Below the pieces are notes generated by a model. It was given only the letters and a program-made list of their open reading frames with translations. It ran no database searches and had not been told where the DNA came from. Source: Candidatus Oxydemutatoraceae bacterium (GTDB taxonomy: Bacteria; Pseudomonadota; Gammaproteobacteria; Poriferisulfidales; Oxydemutatoraceae). From it: DNA of 64,000 nucleotides. Below, one piece after another: positions 9,276 to 22,400 of the stretch. The position numbers and the translations under genes are program-made. Every line of letters begins with the position of its first letter. Position 1 is the stretch's first letter. Location: NCBI GenBank assembly GCA_965218975.1, contig OZ244717.1, positions 832,001-896,000 of the forward strand. The letters run 5' to 3'.

Positions 9276-10098
9276 TGTATAGTGCCGGATACATATGGGA
9301 CTCACGGCACGATTCAAAAAGGTGACCGATATGCAATATCAACACATCAGCCACCGCATCAAAGGTTTCTATATGAGCCAATTTAGCTTCAAGAATGGAG
9401 GCTCATGAGCGCTCTAATCTTCAACAGAAATATGCTGCCCTCATTTATGGGAGGGTGTAACCCCCGAACGCATTCAAGCTCGGTCGCAGTACTTTGTACC
9501 GCTAGCGCCGACGTTATCGCCGCATTGGACTCAGTGCATTGCATGACCGCACCAAAGCGCCGTGCAAGAGGCGTCGGCGGGTCTGGCCGCAACCGATTCA
9601 GTGTGAAACCGTTTTGCGCTTGTTGCCGTGTTGTCGGCGGATTGTGCCGGATTGTCGGCGGATTGTGCCGGATTGTCGGCAAAGTGCCTGTCACCCATGA
9701 CGCGACTGGGTTCTGTCAACAAGCCCCAGCCCCGACGTCCTTGTCGGGTCGTTCACTGCTGAAAACCAATCGGTTTTCCGGGCGCGTCTCACCCATGACG
9801 CGACTGAGTTCTGTCAATGAGCGCCAGCCCCGACATCCTTGTCGAGCCGTTCACCGCTGAAAACCAATTGGTTTTCCGGGCGCGTCTCACCCATGATGAG
9901 ACTTGGTTCTGTCAATGAGCGCCAGCCCCGACGTCCTTGTCGAGTCGTTCACCGCTGAAAACCAATTGGTTTTCAGCGGTGCATCTCACCCTGCACCGCC
10001 CTCATGCCGGCAACGGACAGAATGCACCGGTCCGAATGTTGCTGCCGAATGCTTCCCCGGAAGCTCTTCAAGAATCCCATTTAGGGTGGTATCGTACA
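9276..10098 (+). repeat. Left long inverted arm / MITE-like unit (TGTATAGTGCC...GGTATCGTACA)
   Basis: Reverse-complement homologous to 26146-26687; direct copy at 47555-48374. Confidence 0.85.
9692..9990. repeat. Three tandem ~98-bp palindrome-containing units
   Basis: CACCCATGA recurs at 9692, 9790 and 9888; each unit contains GAAAACCAATYGGTTTTC. Confidence 0.88.
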
Positions 10099-10103
10099 TC
10101 TTG

Positions 10104-10133
10104 TTGACTGACATTAAACACATGTGCTAAAGT
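10104..10133 (+). promoter_or_regulatory. Candidate promoter for the giant adhesin
   Basis: TTGACT at 10104 and extended -10 TGcTAAAGT at 10125-10133; also present in the second copy near 48380. Confidence 0.35.
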
Positions 10134-10424
10134 CTGTAAAATAATTCGGATTCATAAACATTACTCATACTCATGCGAAAGCAAGGCCGATCGCACACAA
10201 AATTAAATTTGCGAACGAAATATTGGGTTCAATACCGGTGGTTCAATACCGGTGCTGATTTTTCAACATGAATGTAAGCGTGAACATAATGCCGTATATA
10301 ATGACAGTCGGCGGTGCCGAGAGTCGTTTGCAGAATGAGCGACTGCGAATGTTTTACTGCGCAAACGTCAAGCGGGCCCTTGAGCGTATTTTCGGCTTGG
10401 CGGGCATTGCGGTTTATTGACAAG

Positions 10425-13400
10425 ATGTTGAAGTTTTGTTGCTCCCGAGCGTTGCCGCGCGCGCAAAGTTTTTCCTTCGGTTTGTGTCTGTTGGCCGTAT
10501 TGATTGCTTCGGTCTATGTTGAACCTGCCCACGCTCAGACTGCGCCTGCAATCATTGACATCAATATCGTATCGCAACCGGCATTGGGAGGCACCTACCT
10601 TTTCGACGAGACGATCGAAGTGGCGCTGACGTTCGACGAGACAGTGATTGTAACCGGCGTGCCGCTGATCGAGCTGAATATCGGCGGCCCGAGCACGGCG
10701 CGTTACGTTAGCGGCAGCGGCAGGGATACGCTGATATTCGCCTATACGGTTGAGGCGGATGTCTTCGACGGTGGCGCCGGTATCAGCGTTGTGGAAAACG
10801 CGTTGGCGCAAGACGGCGATATAGACATGGGGCACCGTGGCGGGGCCGGGGTTGCCATTGTTTCTGACGATGACACCCCGATTAACCTTTCCAATTCGGC
10901 GCGGGATTTTCCCGATGTCAGAGTTGATGGTAGAGACAACCCGACACTCACCGCCATTGATATCGTATCGCAACCGGCATTGGGAGGCACCTACCTTTTC
11001 GGCGAGACGATCGAAGTGGCGCTGACGTTCGACGAGACAGTGACTGTAACCGGCGTGCCGCTGATCGAGCTGAATATCGGCGGCCCGAGAACGGCGCGTT
11101 ACGTTCGCGGCAGCGGCAACGATACGCTGATATTCGCCTATACGGTTGAGGCGGATGTCTTCGACGATGGCGACGGTATCAGCGTTGTGGAAAACACGTT
11201 GGCGCAAGACGGCGATATAAACATGGGGCACCGCGGCGGGGCCGGGGTTGCCATTGTTTCTGACGATGACACCCCGATTGACCTTTCCAATTCGGCGCGG
11301 GATTTTCCCGATGTCAGAGTTGATGGTAGAGACAACCCGACACTCACCGCCATTGATATCGTATCGCAACCGGCATCGGGGGACACCTACCTTTTCGACG
11401 AGACGATCGAAGTGGCGCTGACGTTCGACGAGACAGTGACTGTAACCGGCGTGCCGCTGATCGAGCTGAATATCGGCGGCCCGAGAACGGCGCGTTACGT
11501 TCGCGGCAGCGGCAGCGATACGCTGATATTCGCCTATACGGTTGAGGCGGATGTCTTCGACGATGGCGACGGTATCAGCGTTGTGGAAAACACGTTGGCG
11601 CAAGACGGCGATATAAACATGGGGCACCGCGGCGGGGCCGGGGTTGCCATTGTTTCTGACGATGACACCCCGATTAACCTTTCCAATTCGGCGCGGGATT
11701 TTCCCGATGTCAGAGTTGATGGTAGAGACAACCCGACACTCACCGCCATTGATATCGTATCGCAACCGGCATTGGGAGGCACCTACCTTTTCGACGAGAC
11801 GATCGAAGTGGCGCTGACGTTCGACGAGACAGTGACTGTAACCGGCGTGCCGCTGATCGAGCTGAATATCGGCGGCCCGAGCACGGCGCGTTACGTTCGC
11901 GGCAGCGGCAGCGATACGCTGATATTCGCCTATACGGTTGAGGCGGATGTCTTCGACGATGGCGACGGTATCAGCGTTGTGGAAAACACGTTGGCGCAAG
12001 ACGGCGATATAAACATGGGGCACCGCGGCGGGGCCGGGGTTGCCATTGTTTCTGACGATGACACCCCGATTGACCTTTCCAATTCGGCGCAGGATTTTCC
12101 CGATGTCAGAGTTGATGGTAGCGACAACCCGACACTATTGTTGCTCGGTTACACTGGCTTCTATGCATTGGTGGGTGACTTTTTTACTGCGGGAAGGGAA
12201 CTCGCGATGCCGTTGATAACCGGCCCGAATGCGAACGGATATTTGCTGCAGAGTGTCGAACTGCCGGTTACCCGTCCTGACGTGGCCGGCTTCTCCGATC
12301 TGACCGTTGCTTTGCGGTCTGCTTCGGAGGACGGCCCGGGCGACGTGCTTGCGACTTTTACCGCTCCGGGTGATGATGTTTCCGGCCGGCCGACGTTCAC
12401 GCTGCCCTCGAGAGCGTTCCTGCAGCCGAACACCACTTATTTTATAAGTTATCTCAATAATAGCACCGCTACTTTCAACTTTTTCGCTGCTCAAATAGGT
12501 GACCTGGAAACCGGATCGTTCGAATGGATCAGCGCTATCTCACCAAATTGTGGAGCCAATGACCCCACTATTACCCTATGCTTGTATATACGCGATATGC
12601 CAAGTGCTCCGTGGGGGGGGGCTCCTTTAATAACGGGGGTTCCCGCGGAATACTTCGGAGCGCTTATCACCCGTACCGAAGTTCGAATCATCGATATCGT
12701 ATCGCAACCGGCATCGGGGGACACCTACCTTTTCGACGAGACGATTGAAGTGGCGCTGACGTTTGACGAGACAGTGACTGTAACCGGCGTGCCGCTGATC
12801 GAGCTGAATATCGGCGGCCCGAGCACGGCGCGTTACGTTAGCGGCAGCGGCAGCGATACGCTGATATTCGCCTATACGGTTGAGGCGGATGTCTTCGACG
12901 GTGGCGCCGGTATCAGCGTTGTGGAAAACGCGTTGGCGCAAGACGGCGATATAGACATGGGGCACCGCGGCGGGGCCGGGGTTGCCATTGTTTCTGACGA
13001 TGACACCCCGATTAACCTTTCCAATTCGGCGCGGAATTTCCCCGATGTCTTTGTGGACGGCAGGCTCCTTTGCGCCCGCACACTACAGGTTCGAGAAGCG
13101 ATTCTCAACGCGCTTCCCGGTGTAACCGATTGCGCGGCGATAACCGATGCCGATCTGAACTCTATCATTGAGCTGGATCTGGCCGAAATGGAAATTACCG
13201 CCCTAAAGGTGAGGGACTTTGCCGGACTCGCAGCTATGACGACGCTGAATCTAAGCTTGAATGAACTATCGAGTTTGCCTGCCGGTGTGTTCAATGGTCT
13301 CGTTGCTCTTACAGCGTTAAATTTGAATAATAACCAACTGTCGGACTTATCTGCCGGAATATTTAATTTTCTTCCGACTTCACTGACGGAGTTAACTTTG

Positions 13401-16400
13401 CACGAGAATGAATTGTCGCCTGCAGCGTTCCCCGATGGTGTATTTGAACGCTTCAGGTCGCTTAGATCAATTACTTTGTTCGGCAATCCCGGAAGCGATT
13501 CCTTCAGGCCATTGGCAAATGCCGGGCCTGAGCGGACAGTTAGAGTTGGCGAAACGGTTACGTTGGATGGTATTGCTACCGACGGCGGTCCGTTCGGGAC
13601 TAACCTTATCTTCGCATGGTTGCAAGCCGAAGAGGATGCTATACCGATTACATTGACCGGTGCGGATACCGCTACACCTACGTTCATTGTGCCGACGGAC
13701 GCGCCGGTCGGGAGCGTTTTCCGGTTTGATCTGAGAGTGACCGGTAGGGGCGAATATCGTGCAAGCGCCCAAGCTCCGGCGGAGCACCTTACCACCTACG
13801 ACCGAACGACAGTGACGGTTACGATACTCGCGCCGACGGGTCTGTCAGCGACAGCGGGTCATAAACGGGTAATACTCGAATGGATGACGGGCGACGGCGG
13901 CGGCAGCGCGATCACGCACTATCAATATCGGCAGAAAGCAGACGGTGAGGATTTCAGTGGATGGATGAATATTCCGGACGGCGATGATGCCGACAGCGAC
14001 GCCGGCAACGAGACGAGTTATACGGTTACCGGTCTGACGAACGGCACGAGCTACCTCTTCCAAGTGCGTGCGGTGAATGCTCTTGGCGCGCACAGCGAGG
14101 CCACGGCTGAGGTTGGTGCGAGACCGTTCTTGATTGAAATCGCTACTGGTGATTTGGCTATTACGGATTTTTATGCCGGCCCTTTTTCTGGCCTTCTGGA
14201 TATTACACCAAACGAGCAGGTGATTGCGCGTCCGGTGTTCGTCTTTGTCGGGTTTATCGGTGGCGTCCGGATGAGTGGTATTGAGCCAGATGAGATCGAA
14301 ATTGGGAACGGTGAGATTTTGCTGGTGAGAGTCGGTGACGAATGCGGCTTCGCCACCCCGGTCCCAGATAACGTTATCTGTATAGAGATACTCCCGACCG
14401 GGCCGAATGGTTCTCAGCTTACGATGAGTCTTCCTGCCGATGTTGCCGATCTAGGCAATGCCGCGGCGCCGGATTTCTATCGCCGGGAAATCGTTCGTTC
14501 GGACGGTATCATGGCAGAGGCCGTCTCAATGCCTGACGGTCCGATTCTCACATCGGAGCCGTTCGTAGTTACTTTTACTTTCAGCGGCGACGGAATATTA
14601 ATAGGAATAAGAGGGGCTGCGGCGGATAATGTTCCGTTCCCTTTGGAGGATTACTTGGAGCCTGAGGAAATTGAGGTAGTTTATAGTCCCCCTGCACCGT
14701 CCGGTGGTACTTTTATTCGTCTTGAGGTTTCCAATTCCAGTGCTAGTATGGGACATACTAATATTGATATTACCCTTCGGGCAAGGCAGCGCTATGAGGG
14801 TGTGCTGACTGTAATTTTACCTGCCGGCTCGGCTCGCAACATTTATGGGGATTCCTTACCTGAGACAAGTTTCTCAATCGAAGTCGACACTTTCCACCCG
14901 ATTGGCATTGTTGCGTCTTCAACTTTTGTGGTGGAAGGTACGACAGCAGTATTTACACTGATGCGAGACGGTCTAATAGATAGAGAGACGGAAGTAACGG
15001 TAGAAGTAACCGAGACGAACGAAATGGTGGCCGCTGCGGATGAAGGAAGGAAGAGTGTAGCATTCGCTGCGGGCTCAAGCACGGCAATATTTTCAGTTCC
15101 GACTGTTGAGGATATTTCGGATGAAGACGACAGTGTGGTTACGGTTCGAGTGAACGAGGTTGGTTCTGATTATGTAGTAGATATGACACAAAACATTGCT
15201 ACGGTGACGATACGAGACAACGATGCTGTGCCCGATGCACCGGCGGACTTAGCAGCCGCGGCGGGCGATACGTACGCGGTCCTAAGTTGGGATGCGCCTG
15301 CCGACCCCGGCGCTTCGCCGATTGAGCGTTACGAATATCGCGCGAGTAGCGACGCCGGAACGGTTTGGAATCCGGATTGGACCGACGCCGGCGATGCGAC
15401 GAGCGGAGTTAGGACTCAAGTCGTATCAAACTTAACTAACGATACGGAATACACATTTGAAGTGCGTGCGGTCAGCGCAATAGGCAACGGCACGACCGCG
15501 CAAGTCACGGCGACACCGAGCTCCGCGACGGCGGTATTCATCCTGATGTTTAACCCGACCGAATATACGGTCAATGAAAGCGAAGGGCGGGTTGAACTCA
15601 CGCTCAGACTGACCGGCGTCGGGCGTGCGCCGCAGGATAAAGTGACCGTTACTGTCTCGACACGCGACGGCAGCGCGGTCACTCCTCAGAAGTATGCGGC
15701 TATTAATAATGCGACGATTGTCTTTGAACCCGAAGAGGGCGTGACCGAGTTAACGCAAACGGTGACGGTTCAGATTGTCAATGACATCGTTTTGACCCCC
15801 GATGATCAGAGCTTTTCGGTGGTTATTACGGATGGAACGGCGGCGCATTCCGACGATACGGTCGTGATTGATCGGGGTCGCAGCGAAGCGACGGTGACTA
15901 TCTTCGATGACGGTGTAGGTCCTAGGTGGGATTATACGCAGGAATTGCCTAGTACCGTTAATGAAAGCACGGCCATGAATACGGTTTCAATCCGGTTGGG
16001 TCAGGGAGAAGGGCTTTTCGATGGGATTTATACAATTATGCTTGAGGTGGGGGGAACGGCGACGTTCGGGGAGGATTATATAATAGAGTTTGTCAGCGGG
16101 AGGAATGTAGGATCGAGAACGCTGCCGTTCACGAAAGGCGACCGTTTGATGCGACCGATTGAGTTCATGGATGGGCGTGATGATGAGAGTGGTATACATA
16201 TACGAGAGTTAAGGTTGCGCTTAGTGGTGACGGATGACACGGTGTATGAAGCGGATGAGACGATTGAGTTGCGCTTAACTACGAGCCACCCGGCCGCTAC
16301 GGTAAGCGACGATACGACGCAGACAATCACGCTCATCGACAACGATACGACGCCGGTATTGTCTCTATCGGTCGGTGCGATTGTTATCGACGAAGGGGCA

Positions 16401-19400
16401 TCGGTTGATATTACAGTGATGACGACCGCGACCGGGTCGGTATATGCCGAAGATCAAACAATTACGTTAGAGTTTACCGGCGATGCGATGCCTGAGGACG
16501 ACTATACGGTATCGGTCGACGGTTCGCCGTTGTCGTCGCCGTATGAGTTGACTTTGCCGGCGGGGGCCTCTTCGGTAACCGCGACGATAACGGCAACAGA
16601 AGACACGGAAATTGAGGCGGATGAAACGATTACACTAACCGCGCGGCATGAAGGCGACACAATCGGCGAGGAAACAATTATGATCACCGACAATGATGCC
16701 GACGTGGTGACGTACACGGTCTCGTTCGATCCGACCGAGTATACGGTCAATGAAAGTGACGGGCAGGTTGAACTCACGCTCACACTGATCGACGAAGGGC
16801 GTGACCCGCGCGGCGTTGTGAGCGTGGCTGTCGTGACACGCGGCAACAGCGCACTCGGCTCTCTGGATTATGTAACTGTGCCCTCTAATAATCCGAATCT
16901 GGTCGAATTTAACCCTGGCGACGTTCGCCTAATGTCTGTAATTCAGATTCTCGATGATGCTATTCTCGAAACCGAAGAAATCTTTGAGGTGCTTATTTTC
17001 AGTGTATCAGCGGAGCATTCCGACGATGAGGTGGTGATCGGTCTCGGTCAAGACGAAGCGACGGTGACCATCGTCGATGATGATGCGGAGCTGAACGCGG
17101 CGCCGGTATTTACGAGTTCGTTAAGTTTTGAGGTCAACGAAGGGCAGACGGTAGTGGGCATGGTGACGGCTGAGGATGCGAACATAGAAGACGAGGTGAT
17201 GTATTCTATTACCGGCGATGCGGATGATGTTTTGTTTGCAATTGACCCGTCTTCGGGCGAGTTGAGTTTCGCCGCTGCACCGGACTTTGAGAATCCGACG
17301 GATGCGGATATGAACAACAACTACATGCTCACGGTGGCGGCAATCGGCGGCACGAACGTTCGGGCATTGACGACGACGCAAGCGATTACGGTGACGGTGC
17401 TTGATGTGCCTACGACGATTACGATTACGGCGGACGAGGCAGAGGTCACAGAAGGCGAATCGGCGGTATTTGTATTTGAGCGGACCGACGCGACGGATGC
17501 GCCGGCATTGACAGTGAACATTACGGTAGATGCGACCGTCGGAGTGCTTGCGGATGCGGCGCCTGAAATGGTGACTTTTGACGCCGGTTCTGCGACAGCG
17601 GAGCTCAGTCTTGCCACCGACGACGATACGCTTGAAGAAGACGACAGCGTAGTGACGGTTACCATCATAGACGATGTGGGCTATAGGATCGGTATTGAGA
17701 ACAGTGCTTCGGTGCGTGTTGTCGACGACGACGTCAACGTGGCACCGGTATTCAGCAGTTCGGAAAGTTTTGAGGTCAACGAAGGGCAGACAGTAGTCGG
17801 CACAGTGACGGCTGAGGATGCGAACCCGCAAGACGAGGTGATGTATTCGGTTACCGGCGGTGTGGATGAGGCCTTGTTCACCATCGACTCGTCTTCGGGC
17901 GAGTTGAGCTTCACAACCGCACCGGACTATGAGAATCCGATGGATGCGGATATGAACAACAACTACATGCTCACGGTGACAGCGAGCGGCGGCACGGACG
18001 CTCGGGCGTTGACGACGACACAAGCGATTACGGTGACGGTGCTTGATGTGGTGACTACGATCACGATTACGGCGGACGAGGCAGAGGTCATAGAAGGCGA
18101 ATCGGCGGTATTTGTATTTGAGCGGACCGACGCGACGGATGCGCCGGTATTGGCGGTGAACATTACGGTAGATGATCCCGACGGGGTGCTTGCGGCAACG
18201 GCACCTGAAATGGTGACTTTTGACGCCGGTTCTGCGACAGCGGAGCTCAGTCTTGCCACCGACGACGATACGCTTGAAGAGGACGACAGCGTAGTGACGG
18301 TTACCATCATAGACGATGTGGGCTATAGGATCGGTATTGAGAACAGTGCTTCGGTGCGTGTTGTCGACAATGATGCCGTACCCGGTGCGCCGGCGGAGTT
18401 AGCAGCCGCGGCGGGCGACACGCACGCGGTCCTAAGTTGGGATGCGCCTGCCGACCCCGGCACTTCGCCGATCAACCATTACGAATATCGCGCGAGTAGC
18501 GACGCCGGAACGGTTTGGGATCCGGACTGGACAAGCGCCGGCGATGCGACGAGTGAGGTCAGGACTCAAATCGTAACCGATTTGACCAACGACACGGAAT
18601 ACACATTTGAAGTGCGTGCGGTCAGTGCAGCGGGCAACGGCGCAGCCGCACAAGTCACGGCGACACCGAGCTCCGCGACGGCGGTATTCATTCTGACGTT
18701 TGACCCGAGTGAATATATGGTCAATGAAAGCGAAGGGCGGGTTGAACTCACGCTCAGACTGACCGGCGTCGGGCGTGCACCGCAGGACGCTGTGACCGTG
18801 ACTTTCTCGGCACGTGACGGCAGCGCAATCGCCTTTGAAGATTATTCGGGTCAACAAGTTGAGAATGCTGAAGTCGTCTTTAGTTCCGCGAATGCTCAAT
18901 TATCAGAAACGCTTAACATTCCTATTGTTGATGACATCGTTTTTGAACCCGATGACGAGAGCTTTTCGGTGGTTATTGACAATGTGTCGGCGGCGCATTC
19001 CGACGATACGGTCGTGATTGATCGGGGTCGCAGCGAAGCGACGGTGACCATCGTCGATGACGGTTTAGCCCCTATTTGGAATTTACAAGAGTTGCCGAGC
19101 ATTGTTAATGAAAGCACGGCCATGGATACGGTTTCAATCATATTGCAAAACGAGGGAGAGGCTCTCGTAGAGTTTTATACGATTATGCTTGAGGTGGGGG
19201 GAACGGCGACGTTCGGGGAGGATTATATAATAGAGTTTGTTAATGCGTTCATACTAACGGGAGGAAGTGCAACAATAATACCGTTGACGGAAGGCGAACT
19301 TTTGATGCGACCGATTGAGATTCGAGATGGGCCTACTATAAGTCTAGGGGTTTTAAGTTTCCGCTTAGTGGTAACGGATGACACGGTGTATGAAGCGGAT

Positions 19401-22400
19401 GAGACGATTGAGTTACGTCTCAGCGTGACGGGCCACCCGGCCGCTACGGTAAGCGACGATACGACGCAGACAATCACGCTCATCGACAACGATACGACGC
19501 CGGTATTGTCTCTATCGTCTCTATCGGTCGGTGCAACCGAAATCAATGAAGGCGCATCGACCGATGTTGTAGTGGAAATCACGAACGAATCGGTATATGC
19601 CGAAGATCAAACAATTGCGTTAGAGTTTACCGGCGATGCGATGCCTGAGGACGACTATACGGTATCGGTCGACGGTTCGCCGTTGCCGTCGCCGTATGAG
19701 TTGACTTTACCGGCGGGGGCCTCTTCGGTAACCGCGACGATAACGGCAACAGACGACACGGAAATTGAAGTGGATGAAACGATTACGATTACCGCGCGGC
19801 ATGAAGGCGACACAATCGGCGAGGAAACAATTACGATCACCAGCAACGATGCCGACGTGGCGACGTTCACGGTCTCGTTTGATCCGGCCGAGTATACGGT
19901 CAATGAAAGTGACGGGCAGGTTGAACTCACACTCACACTGATCGGCGAAGGGCGCGGTCCGCAGGATGATGTAACCGTGACTTTCTCGGCACGTGACGGC
20001 AGCGCAGTCACCTTTGAAGATTATGTGGGTCAACAAGTTGAGAATGCTGAAGTCGTCTTTAGTTCCGCGAATGCTCAATTATCAGCAACGCTTAACATTC
20101 CTATTGTTGATGACATCGTTTTTGAACCCGATGACGAGGTCTTTTCGGTGGTTATTGACGATGTAACGGCGGCGCATTCCGACGATACGGCCATGATTGA
20201 TCAAGGCGAAGCGACGGTTACCATCGTTGACAACGATGATGAGCCGGAGTTAGTTTTGTCGGTGGACATGACTGCCATTGATGAAGGGGCATCGGTTGCT
20301 ATTAGAATAGAGATCACGAGCGAAGAGCTCACGACCGAATCGGTATTTGCTGAGGATCAAACGATTACGTTAGAGTTTGACGGCACGGCAACGGAGGACG
20401 ACTATACGGTATCGGTTGACGGCTCGCCGCATGAGTTGATTTTGAAGGCAGAAGAATTTGAGGCAAGTGCAACGATCATGGCGCTAATAGACGACATGAC
20501 GGCTGAGGGGAATGAGACGATTATGATTACCGCCCGGCATGAAGGCGAAATGATCGGCGAGGAAACGATCACGATCATTGATAACGTGGCGCCGGTATTC
20601 AGTGGAGAGGTGATATTTGAGATTGAAGAGGGCCTGACGATGGTCGGCACGATGACGGCTGAGGATGCGAACCCGCAAGACGAGGTGAGGTATTCGGTTA
20701 CCGGCGACGGTGCGGATGATGCCCTGTTTGATATCGACCCGTCTTCGGGCGAGTTGAGCTTCACAACCGCACCGGACTATGAGAATCCGATGGATGCGGA
20801 TACGGATAACGTTTATATGCTCATTGTGACGGCGGTCGGCGGCACGGACGTTCGGGCGTTGACGACGACGCAAGCGATTACGGTGACGGTGCTTGATGTG
20901 GTGACTACGATCACGATTACGGCAGACGAGGCAGAGGTCACGGAAGGCGAGTCGGCGGTATTTGTATTTGAGCGGACCGACGCGACGGATGCGCCGGTAT
21001 TGGCGGTGAACATTACGGTAGATGATCCCGACGGGGTGCTTGCGGCAGCGGCACCTGAAATGGTGACTTTTGACGCCGGTTCTGCGACAGCGGAGCTCAG
21101 TCTTGCCACCGACGACGATACGCTTGAAGAAGACGACAGCACGGTGACGGTTACCATCATAGACGATGTGGGCTATAGGATCGGTATTGAGAACAGTGCT
21201 TCGGTGCGTGTTGTCGACGACGACGTCAACGTGGCGCCGGCATTCACCAGTGCAGCAAGTTTTGAGGTCAACGAAGGGCAGACAGTAGTCGGCACGGTGA
21301 CGGCTGAGGATGCGAACATAGAGGACGAGGTGACGTATTCGATTACCGGCGGTGCGGATGATGCCTTGTTTGATATCGACTCGTCTTCGGGCGAACTGAG
21401 CTTCACAACCGCACCGGACTTTGAGAATCCGACGGATGCGGATATGAACAACAACTACATGCTCACGGTGACGGCGAGCGGCGGCACGGACGCTCGAGCG
21501 TTGACGACGACACAAGCGATTACGGTGACGGTGCTTGATGTGGCTACGACGATTACGATTACGGCGGACGAGGCAGAGGTCATAGAAGGCGAATCGGCGG
21601 TATTTGTATTTGAGCGGACCGACGCGACGGATGCGCCGGTATTGGCGGTAAACATTACGGTAGATGATCCCGACGGGGTGCTTGCGGCAACGGCACCTGA
21701 AATGGTGACTTTTGACGCCGGTTCTGCGACAGCGGAGCTCAGTCTTGCCACCGACGACGATACGCTTGAAGAAGACGACAGCGTAGTGACGGTTACCATC
21801 ATAGACGGTGCGGACTATAGGATCGGTATTGAGAACAGTGCTTCGGTGCGTGTTGTCGACGACGACGTCAACGTGGCGCCGGCATTCATCAGTGCAGCAA
21901 GTTTTGAGGTCAACGAAGGGGAGACGGTAGTCGACACGGTGACGGCTGCGGATGCGAATATAGAAGACGAGGTGATGTATTCGGTTACCGGCGGTGCGGA
22001 TGACGCCTTGTTTGATATCGACTCGTCTTCGGGCGAACTGAGCTTCACAACCGCACCGGACTATGAGAATCCGACGGATGTGGATACGGATAACGTTTAT
22101 ATGCTCATCGTGGCGGCAATCGGCGGCACGGACGTTCGGGCATTGACAACAACGCAAGCGATTACGGTGACGGTGCTTGATGTGGTGACTACGATTACGA
22201 TTACGGCAGACGAGGCAGAGATCACGGAAGGCGAGTCGGCGGTATTTGTATTTGAGCGGACCGACGCGACGGATGCGCCGGTATTGGCGGTGAACATTAC
22301 GGTAGACGATTCCGGCGGGGTGCTTGCGGCAGCGGCACCTGAAATGGTGACTTTTGACGCCGGTTCTGCGACAACGGAGCTCAGTCTTGCCACCGACGAC

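Noticed and set aside
9112-9381. 89-aa ORF, repeated at 47391-47660
   Set aside because: Chimera of arm sequence and transposase tail with a TTG start; the two copies differ by many amino-acid changes, consistent with neutral decay.
9692-9990. Possible CRISPR array or integron attC array
   Set aside because: Units are contiguous with no unique spacers or cassette ORFs; no cas or integrase gene in the window.
9389-10130. ORFs within the arms (also 26066-26567 and 47684-48383)
   Set aside because: Frames are not conserved among the three arm copies and arise from repeats.
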